A stretch of 31,358 bases of DNA from an uncultured virus (IMG/VR IMGVR_UViG_3300032677_000013). Its lineage: Duplodnaviria; Heunggongvirae; Uroviricota; Caudoviricetes. The translations under genes and the position numbers were made by a program. The notes beneath the pieces are model-generated. The model was given only the letters and a program-made list of their open reading frames with translations. It was not told the DNA's origin and did no database searches. Of the stretch, positions 9,159-16,232 are shown piece by piece; within the stretch, counting starts at the first letter, position 1; each line of letters opens with the position of its first letter. The stretch lies in IMG/VR virus record IMGVR_UViG_3300032677_000013; one strand, written 5' to 3'.

Positions 9159-10184
9159 TTACTGATAGTTGGCAGTAATGATGGTCAATGCCTGCGGGCG
9201 CGGTGCCCAGCCCGGCGTCAGACGCCATTCGCTGAGAACGTCCGTTGCGCCACCAGCCAGCGGGCTGATGATCTCACGCGGAGCGGCCATGTCCGAATAC
9301 TGCGTGAGGCAGGTCGGGTTGCTAGGCTTCAGCGTGGCAAACACGTTGGTATTCAGGGAAGCGGGGCCGCCGGGAACAGCAACCTCAGGCATCGCAATCA
9401 GGATGATGTCGGCGTTAGCCGAACCGCCAGCGCCCTGAAGCGTGTCGTCATAGGCCCAGACCAGTTCGTCCTCGTTGGCCACCAGCATATTCTTCAGCGT
9501 TTCCACTGTCGAAGCGGTGCCAGCACCGACGCGCTGGAACTGTGTCAGGCTGACCACGTTGTATTCAAACTGCGACAGAGCGCGCTGCGGGCCAAGCACC
9601 ACGAACTTGCGACCAATGCCAAGCTGCAGAGTGCGCGTTTTGATCTGCGCGATCTGGTTGGCAAGGAAAAACGCCATCTGACCATTATCATAGGTCGTGA
9701 TGGTGGTATCTCCATACTGGTCAGGGGGGAGGTTGGTGGCAGTAGCGCCGGGAGCGTTGATGAAACCCTCACCATACTGCGGCTGGAGACCGAACAGAGC
9801 CGCATCGCGGGCCTGCTGGAAGTGAGCCTGACGCATACCAAGGCGATAAGCCTCGGGAACCGCAAAGCCCCAACGGCCACCAGCAGCAACGTCGTGGTGG
9901 TCATAGTTGGCGCGGACGCGGAACTGATAGGTATTGGTGTTGAACATCTGGGCCGAAATATCGACACCCGGCAGTTCATTGGCAGTGGACTGCGAAGCCG
10001 ACATCTTGGTGCGGATGTTCAGCTGCTTCGCATAAACGACGAGATCGTCCTCGGCCAGCTTGGCGCGGATCTTGCCGCCCTCCAGCACCTCGGTATAACC
10101 CGAAGCCTGCTGGAACTGCATGAAGATTTCCGGTTCGCGGAAACTGGGTTCGATGATTTTATATGCACCGGCATTGATCGCCAT
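9159..10184 (-). CDS. Major capsid protein (DUF2184-like, HK97 fold)
   Basis: 341 aa with strongly biased GC3 codons. Gene order scaffold - decoration - this gene - adaptor. C-terminal GWAPRPQALTI. Confidence 0.8.
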   Translation of the reverse strand: MAINAGAYKIIEPSFREPEIFMQFQQASGYTEVLEGGKIRAKLAEDDLVVYAKQLNIRTKMSASQSTANELPGVDISAQMFNTNTYQFRVRANYDHHDVAAGGRWGFAVPEAYRLGMRQAHFQQARDAALFGLQPQYGEGFINAPGATATNLPPDQYGDTTITTYDNGQMAFFLANQIAQIKTRTLQLGIGRKFVVLGPQRALSQFEYNVVSLTQFQRVGAGTASTVETLKNMLVANEDELVWAYDDTLQGAGGSANADIILIAMPEVAVPGGPASLNTNVFATLKPSNPTCLTQYSDMAAPREIISPLAGGATDVLSEWRLTPGWAPRPQALTIITANYQ

Positions 10185-10219
10185 GGCTTTATTCCCTTTC
10201 TAATTAGGCTTGACTAGGC

Positions 10220-11131
10220 TTACGCCGTGGTGCCGCCGGTGAGTTGGATGATCGCGCAAGAACCGTTAAAGTTCCAAGTGGCGTTGCCGGTAATGGTGCT
10301 ATACAGCACGTTCATGCAGCCCGAGGGAACCACGTCCAGAACGGTGACGGGCAGGGCACCGCCGTTGGGCTCAATGGTGCCGCCCGACGAATATGTGCCA
10401 TAGTAGCCCGAAGCCGCAACAGCAACCACAACAACCGTGGACGACGTGACGCTAACAACAGTCCAGAAACCGTTGTAAGAGCCGCCTGTGCCGCCCGTGC
10501 TGACGATGCCGGCAACGTCAATGTCGTCACCAGCGGTCAGAACAGCGGTCAGGTTGGTGCCAACCGTAAAGGTGATCTGGCCGCCAGAAGTGTTGGCCCA
10601 CGTTGCACCCGTGATGGTAACTGCGGTGTAACCCGGAGCGTAGGGAGCCAGCTCTTGCGACGTGAAGTCCCAGCTAACCTGCTGATTGATGAGGCCACCA
10701 CGCAGTGAGATCAGCGAGGGATCGCAAGCCACGGCGATACGGGCACGCGAACCGAGCGGATAGTAGTTGATCGACTGGCCCGAACCGGCAGTGCCAACGG
10801 GGCTGTTGGGATCGGAAACGAGGTTGTAAGCCTGATCGAAGACCGTGAAGCCAACCAGAGCGGTCGAACCGGAGAGCGACGTAGCGCGCCCCAGAACCTG
10901 ACCCAACGAATTGCGGGGGCCGGTGCTGCTAATGGGCGAGATGTCGGCATAAACGCCAACGCCGCCCCACATCGGGATTGTTTCATTCTGCGAAACAATG
11001 CCCGAACGCAGCACGTTACGGGTGGATGGATCAGGGAAAGTCTGGCCCTGAATAAGACCATTCGAGGAAGCCCCGTTAAAGAGACCCTGCCCCGAAGTGG
11101 TCAGCGAAGGATAACCGTTGTTAGCAGCCAT
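10220..11131 (-). CDS. Capsid decoration/cement protein with an inserted beta domain
   Basis: 303 aa between scaffold and capsid genes (GLIQGQTFPDP, PMWGGVGV, YPLGSRARIAVACD). Confidence 0.7.
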   Translation of the reverse strand: MAANNGYPSLTTSGQGLFNGASSNGLIQGQTFPDPSTRNVLRSGIVSQNETIPMWGGVGVYADISPISSTGPRNSLGQVLGRATSLSGSTALVGFTVFDQAYNLVSDPNSPVGTAGSGQSINYYPLGSRARIAVACDPSLISLRGGLINQQVSWDFTSQELAPYAPGYTAVTITGATWANTSGGQITFTVGTNLTAVLTAGDDIDVAGIVSTGGTGGSYNGFWTVVSVTSSTVVVVAVAASGYYGTYSSGGTIEPNGGALPVTVLDVVPSGCMNVLYSTITGNATWNFNGSCAIIQLTGGTTA

Positions 11132-11156
11132 TTTCTTTTACCTTTGCAAAAATTGA

Positions 11157-12071
11157 TTAGGCGCGACGAGCGTGACCGGAAAAGTCACTCATCCACGACA
11201 CCGGCTCACCAACGAACTCGTTGATGATATGACCGCCAGCCTGACGCGAGATTTCGCGAAGCTGACCCGGAAGCACATCGGCACCACGGCGCGCAGCCGC
11301 AATGGAATCCGAATACACTTCAGTCAGGATGGTATCGAGCATGGCGTCATCGCTAACAGCCGACAGGCGCGCAGTGGCCCACTTAGGCGAGTTCGATTGC
11401 AGCTTGGCACCAAGGCGGCGCTTGTACTGTGTCGGGGTCTCACCATCCAGCGGGGCAGGGGCGCGGTCGCCAAAAGCCTGAAAAGCCGGGTCGGCCTGCT
11501 CCTGAATGACAGCGAAGCGCTCGCGGTCCATATCAGAAAGCATGGCAGGGGCGCGACGGTTCAGGGCCGCGATTTCAGAGCGGAGAGCGGCCAGTTCGGC
11601 GCGAGTAGAATCTGCCACGCGCTTGTCACCTTCCTCTTCTTCAGCGTCCTTGCGACGACGATCAGCGGCGGTCTCGCGCGGCTCACCGGGCTCTTCCACT
11701 TCCAGATCGTCGTCATCTTTGCGGCGGCCAGCATCCTTGCGGCGGCTGTCCTTTTTATGCTCGGGCTCCTTAGCCTCTTCCTCGGCCCACTGCTTAAACG
11801 ATTCTTCGCCGTCCTTGCGACGCGAATCCTTGCGGTCGTCGTCGTCATCGTCCATGCAATCATCGTCGTCCTTGCGGCGAGCGTCCATGCGATCGTCGTC
11901 ATCGTCGTCTTTGCGCTTGGAATCCTTTTCCATGCGCTCTTCCATCGAGTCCATGCGGCTCTTGAGAGAGTCGAATTTGGAACACGCATCCTTAATCATA
12001 TCTGCGATCTGACCGAGTTTCTCATCAGCATCGCTGATTACTTCGTTCTTGTGGCCCTGTTCTTCAGCCAT
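11157..12071 (-). CDS. Prohead scaffolding protein with RKD/poly-D repeats
   Basis: 304 aa, highly charged and coiled-coil. SD AAGGAG at 12080-12085. Lies between the protease and decoration genes. Confidence 0.75.
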   Translation of the reverse strand: MAEEQGHKNEVISDADEKLGQIADMIKDACSKFDSLKSRMDSMEERMEKDSKRKDDDDDDRMDARRKDDDDCMDDDDDDRKDSRRKDGEESFKQWAEEEAKEPEHKKDSRRKDAGRRKDDDDLEVEEPGEPRETAADRRRKDAEEEEGDKRVADSTRAELAALRSEIAALNRRAPAMLSDMDRERFAVIQEQADPAFQAFGDRAPAPLDGETPTQYKRRLGAKLQSNSPKWATARLSAVSDDAMLDTILTEVYSDSIAAARRGADVLPGQLREISRQAGGHIINEFVGEPVSWMSDFSGHARRA

Positions 12072-12097
12072 AGTGTTGACTCCTTAGTTGGTGCGTT

Positions 12098-12149
12098 CGC
12101 ATGACAATTTAAGTTTTTAAGGACTAGGGCTGCCATGCGTGCCCAAGCC
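12098..12149 (-). promoter_or_regulatory. H-type pseudoknot in the scaffold gene leader
   Basis: Hairpin GGCU-U-GGGC / GCCC-U-AGUC. Loop ACGCAUGGCA pairs over 9 bp (one G-U) with UGUCAUGCG at 12098-12106. Confidence 0.6.
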
Positions 12150-12159
12150 GGTTAAATGT

Positions 12160-13242
12160 TTATATATTCCCAAACCTTGATCGCAGCGCCATCACCGATG
12201 CTTGTAGACGAAGCAGATCGAGGCTTTGGCTGGACTTGGGTGCGGAAATGATTTGAGCATCGGCAATCGCATCCGCTGCGGCGTCAATGCTCTCAACGCC
12301 AGTAGGATCGCCACCTTTGTCCCATACGCCATTGGCACATACGGCGATGTGATCCAGCAGAGATGGCTTGCCTTCGATGAGCATGACCTTTCCGTTTTCC
12401 AGTGTTACCCGGTCGTTCTCGGTGGGATCTGCAAAGTTAACGGCAGGGCTTGTAGACAATTGATTGTCACGCATGTTTTTAGCGGCGACTTCATCATAAA
12501 CCTTAGCGATCCCCCACACTTCATCGGGTTTGTCCGCCGGAATGTAAGGCAGCATAATGGAACCAATCACCCGGTCGCTAAACTCTTGGTCATTCAGCAG
12601 CGAACGCTCTGGATGCTCCCAGATTACGGCTAGGCCATTGCACCGGGCCAGAAATTCATCATTGATGTAGATGCTGGGATCGCGCCAAACAAACTCTTGC
12701 CGGGCATGACGGTAGCTTGCGCCCGTGCCTGTGATACGGATGGCAAACAACCATACGTTCTCGTAACGTTGGGGGCTTGTCAGGCGTCCATCGGCAATGG
12801 CTTGGGCCACGCCTAGTTCATCCATCTTAAACCGCTCCAGAGCGATCTCTACGCCCGGATGCAGCGGTTGCGGTGGGGCGGTAATGGGCGACCACGCATA
12901 GCCATCATGCTCATTGGAAAGGCGCGGCGTAAACTGGTGGCTAACCTTGACCAGAAACGTGGTGAAGTCTACGTCCCCCGACGGAGCGGGTTCCAGCCCT
13001 TCCATAGCCACAACCATCTCCGCCGGAGACAAAGTGCGCGTCCACGGGGCCAGTTCATCCTCTTTAATGTGGATACCGGCTTCCTCGTATGTCTCACGGA
13101 TGGCACCAGCCTCGGCAGTCTCGCCGTCATCCAGCTTGCCGCCGGGGACGCACCATTCGCCAGCATGATCGCCACCATCGGCGCGGCGCAAAAACAGCGC
13201 GCTATCGCCACAGGTGAAAAGAATGCCAGCCGCCTTAATCAT
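12160..13242 (-). CDS. Nudix hydrolase fused to DUF2213 prohead (capsid maturation) protease
   Basis: Likely start MIKAAGIL at 13242 (ATGA overlap). Intact Nudix box GGKLDDGETAEAGAIRETYEEAGI. C-terminal half has VIWEHP...LSTSPAV...LDHIAVC...GVWD, typical of DUF2213. Confidence 0.8.
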   Translation of the reverse strand: MIKAAGILFTCGDSALFLRRADGGDHAGEWCVPGGKLDDGETAEAGAIRETYEEAGIHIKEDELAPWTRTLSPAEMVVAMEGLEPAPSGDVDFTTFLVKVSHQFTPRLSNEHDGYAWSPITAPPQPLHPGVEIALERFKMDELGVAQAIADGRLTSPQRYENVWLFAIRITGTGASYRHARQEFVWRDPSIYINDEFLARCNGLAVIWEHPERSLLNDQEFSDRVIGSIMLPYIPADKPDEVWGIAKVYDEVAAKNMRDNQLSTSPAVNFADPTENDRVTLENGKVMLIEGKPSLLDHIAVCANGVWDKGGDPTGVESIDAAADAIADAQIISAPKSSQSLDLLRLQASVMALRSRFGNI

Positions 13243-13571
13243 TTGCAGTTCCATGCTTTGCGAGACCAATAGTTAGGCGATGTCTTGTCGTCAGGATCAC
13301 TAAGATGAGCCGACCGAGCGCAGTAGGATTCGCGGTGGGCATCGCTGTTCTTTTTGATCTTCATGTCGGGGTCGCCAAAATTGACCTTCTTGACGTTGCC
13401 GGTTTTGGGGTCTTCAACGTAGACTTTGGACTTCTTAACGTCACCCGGCATGGGCTTGTTAAGAGGAACTTCATGCCCGTGGTATTCAGCATCCGTCAGC
13501 GCACGGCTAAACCGTCCAGCGGCATCGGCCAGACGGTTAAGCGATTTATGGCTGATGGTGGCGCGGGTCAT
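13239..13571 (-). CDS. Small basic head-region protein (DUF6321-like)
   Basis: KKVNFGDPDMKIKK...RESYCARS...SPNYWSRKAWNC motif, recognised from a widespread viral family. Confidence 0.6.
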   Translation of the reverse strand: MTRATISHKSLNRLADAAGRFSRALTDAEYHGHEVPLNKPMPGDVKKSKVYVEDPKTGNVKKVNFGDPDMKIKKNSDAHRESYCARSAHLSDPDDKTSPNYWSRKAWNCK

Positions 13572-13572
13572 A

Positions 13573-14730
13573 TTAGGCTTTGCCGTGCTTACGGATAAAC
13601 TTGTTTAGATCACTCTGCAAAACAGATGCGCCAGACATACTGTTTTGCTTAATAAGGCCCGCGCTTTTCATGCTTTGGAGAACATCCATAGAGGCATTTT
13701 CCCCAATGCCATCGCCCTTCATAACGCCAAGGGCTGCACTAAGGGAAAGCAATGCGTCGTCAGCATGAGTATCTTTGCGGAATTTGTCATATCCCTTGTC
13801 GCGAGATTCTTTAGCCTCACGATAGGCTTTGACCTTAGCCTCCAATGGGAGATTGGCCGCAGCGGCACGGGCTTTTTCATATTCCCGATCAATTTTTTTC
13901 AGTTCTTTAGCCACTGTAGGGTCATTAGTAACCCATGCAGCATCAATGCCATAGTTGCCCTCGGTGGTGCTGGAACCGGGAAGGTCGCGCTCGGCGTCCG
14001 CCTTGGCATACAGTGCATCAGCAGCGGCCAGTGCTCTATCCAGAGCAGGCAGGCTATCCTTGCGGTTGGTATACTGCGGATTGCTTAGAGCGTATTCCAG
14101 AGCATCGGCCTCGGTGGGGTATTCCGATACATCAAGACGGAAAATGGAAACGCTGCCGCCTTCGTCAACGGATATGATCCACTGACCACCTTCGCGGACG
14201 ATGGTGGGGGCGGCATCCGCCTTTGCAGCCTTACGCTTGGCGATGCCTTCCGCCACTTCCTTAGCAGCCGCCAGACTGTAGAACCGACCGCTACTGCCCT
14301 GCACCACCCAATAGTCGGCCTCGGTGCCATTACTGCCCTTCTTGAAGGACGTATCAATCATGATACCGTGGTGCCTAATGTGGGCGGGAATACGGTCATC
14401 ATCCGACCGGCCAAGGATAGCCTCATCATCCGCAGTGTCTTCACCCGGCAGATCACGCTCCGCATCGCCCACAACGCCAGCCTTTGCAGCGGCGTTGGTT
14501 GCCTCGGCCTTGCTGGCATAAGGGCCGTAACGCTCACGGCTGCCGGGCTTGGGGAAATAGAACTCGCCGTTTTCCTCATAGATGGCGGCATTGGCAGCAT
14601 CGCCCCGCTTTTCACCCGACATCTTGTATGCAATCGCAACCGCTTGGGCCACAGGCTTTCCGGCCTTTACTTCCGTCTCAACATTGCGCGAAAAACCGGG
14701 AGTGCCGGGGGCTGCTTTTTCAAGAGGCAT
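13573..14730 (-). CDS. Modular head-associated polyprotein-like protein
   Basis: Likely start MPLEK at 14730. N-terminal module GKPVAQAVAIAY is common in small phage head-region proteins. Duplicated DAERDLPG and recurrent xxD-A/S linkers. Confidence 0.65.
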   Translation of the reverse strand: MPLEKAAPGTPGFSRNVETEVKAGKPVAQAVAIAYKMSGEKRGDAANAAIYEENGEFYFPKPGSRERYGPYASKAEATNAAAKAGVVGDAERDLPGEDTADDEAILGRSDDDRIPAHIRHHGIMIDTSFKKGSNGTEADYWVVQGSSGRFYSLAAAKEVAEGIAKRKAAKADAAPTIVREGGQWIISVDEGGSVSIFRLDVSEYPTEADALEYALSNPQYTNRKDSLPALDRALAAADALYAKADAERDLPGSSTTEGNYGIDAAWVTNDPTVAKELKKIDREYEKARAAAANLPLEAKVKAYREAKESRDKGYDKFRKDTHADDALLSLSAALGVMKGDGIGENASMDVLQSMKSAGLIKQNSMSGASVLQSDLNKFIRKHGKA

Positions 14731-15046
14731 GGGTGCTATCCTTGGACATGTTGACAATAAGCGTTTTAAGCGACTTCAATTCTTTCATAATTGCACGATG
14801 TTCTGCCTCGGCATGAGCGCGCTCTCGACGATTAGCCACTTCCTGAGCCACGAGGATAAGTGGAAGAAAAGTGAGCTGCAACAATGCAGAAGAAACATAC
14901 TGCACAAATGGCGTAGTCTGGGGAAACCAAAGTGGGATCAGCACAAAAGCGGCAAAGGCGTAAACACACTCCATAGTCGCCACCAGTGCAACAACTTGCA
15001 CTGCTAGTTCCTCATTGAAGCGACGCCAATACCTATAAAGGCTCAT
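14720..15046 (-). CDS. Small membrane protein (DUF1003-like)
   Basis: Two hydrophobic segments followed by LQLTFLPLILVAQ and a C-terminal coiled coil. Confidence 0.55.
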   Translation of the reverse strand: MSLYRYWRRFNEELAVQVVALVATMECVYAFAAFVLIPLWFPQTTPFVQYVSSALLQLTFLPLILVAQEVANRRERAHAEAEHRAIMKELKSLKTLIVNMSKDSTHAS

Positions 15047-15891
15047 GCCGATAAAGCCGCCATCTTAGCTTTAGCTTCTTCCAACGCTTTTTGGCCCTTT
15101 TCGGTCAAACATTCAGCAGGAATAGAACGTAAGGAAAACACATGTTGGTAGCTGCACTTGCAGAAGGGAAGCGAAGCCGGGGCCTCTACTTCATCTGTAT
15201 AGCCGTTTTTATTTTGCTTTACTAGCCCCGCCTTATGCGCCCAGCTATTTCTTATTAAATAAAATTCGCCCTCGCGCTTATTGTGGTCCGGCCTGCCATT
15301 ATACCCGCGCTGGTGAACGTGACTTCTCCAAAATCCCCCTATGGCACCGCCGTTAACAGCAACCGTAGTATTAATAGCGGCAAATAGCTTTTGGTTTTGG
15401 TCTATAATGACCCTGCGCTCTTCATATGGCAATTGCGCCAATGCTTTTTTTAGATTGGCCTTTTCATCGCGCTTTTTCACAATGCGACTGCCACCAGCGG
15501 GAACCGAGGTAGCCCAGCCACGAAAGCGCTGCATTGTCTTTTCAATTGCCTGCGGGCGGTTAACTTTAATCAGGTCAACACTAGCAGCAATCCGCCTGTC
15601 CAGTTCCGCGCGCAGTTCCGGCTTAATCTGTTGCAGCCGGTAAGGCGTCACGCCGGGGTTGTATTTTAGCACCCCGCCCATTTCCACCTGTTTGCGAAAT
15701 ACCGCATACATTGAATCGCGGACCATGCGCTCAATCTCGCTCATTGATTTCATAGAGCGCTCGGCAGCTAGGCGAAGTTGATCTGCCCAATATGTGATGG
15801 CTTCCTCTGACTGATAGCCATGATCTGTGACGTAAGCCACCGCCTCGGTTAGCACCTCATTATAGGTTGGGGTGCCATCAGGATTAGGCAT
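15043..15891 (-). CDS. Head morphogenesis protein (Mu gpF / SPP1 gp7-like)
   Basis: RRVIIDQNQKL...WRSH...GRPDHNKREG...PASLPFCKC motif. Located downstream of the portal. Confidence 0.8.
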   Translation of the reverse strand: MPNPDGTPTYNEVLTEAVAYVTDHGYQSEEAITYWADQLRLAAERSMKSMSEIERMVRDSMYAVFRKQVEMGGVLKYNPGVTPYRLQQIKPELRAELDRRIAASVDLIKVNRPQAIEKTMQRFRGWATSVPAGGSRIVKKRDEKANLKKALAQLPYEERRVIIDQNQKLFAAINTTVAVNGGAIGGFWRSHVHQRGYNGRPDHNKREGEFYLIRNSWAHKAGLVKQNKNGYTDEVEAPASLPFCKCSYQHVFSLRSIPAECLTEKGQKALEEAKAKMAALSA

Positions 15892-15913
15892 GATTAAACA
15901 AACGTCCTTTTAA

Positions 15914-15987
15914 TGGTGCCCCCACGAGGTAACGCTCCCCGGATTGATGCTTACAAGGCAACTGTTATGCTATTTAACTATAGGGGC
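15914..15987 (-). tRNA. tRNA-Thr(UGU), atypical D and T loops
   Basis: 74-nt cloverleaf GCCCCTA-TA-GTTA AATAGCA TAAC-A-GTTGC CTTGTAA GCATC-AATC-CGGGG AGCGTTA CCTCG-TGGGGGC-ACCA with encoded CCA. Confidence 0.8.
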
Positions 15988-15992
15988 AGAAA

Positions 15993-16232
15993 TTACTCTT
16001 CTTGTCCGGCCATCATAGACTGTATTCTACAAGCCCGCATATAGGCATCCATTGCCGCCTCTAGCATTGCGACTGAATGCAATTGACTGCGCGTTGCAGC
16101 CTCCCAATCGCCTAATTGAGCCAGCGTCACAAAGCTATGTAATGCCTGCGTGTGATTAAGCGATGCAACTTTGTAATTATACAGCTCTTGATTAATGCAA
16201 TTGGTGTGGTCTATCACTTTAGTTGCCAACAA
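15993..16232 (-). CDS. Hypothetical helical protein
   Basis: 79 aa ORF overlapping the portal stop. The true start is uncertain. Confidence 0.5.
   Translation of the reverse strand: MLATKVIDHTNCINQELYNYKVASLNHTQALHSFVTLAQLGDWEAATRSQLHSVAMLEAAMDAYMRACRIQSMMAGQEE

Noticed and set aside
11172..12104. 310 aa plus-strand hydrophobic ORF and nested ORFs
   Set aside because: Antisense to the scaffold. The poly-Val and poly-Ser runs are simply the complement of the poly-Asp codons.
14720..15046. Holin call for the two-TM protein
   Set aside because: No endolysin or spanin nearby, and the sequence fits a DUF1003-like membrane protein better.
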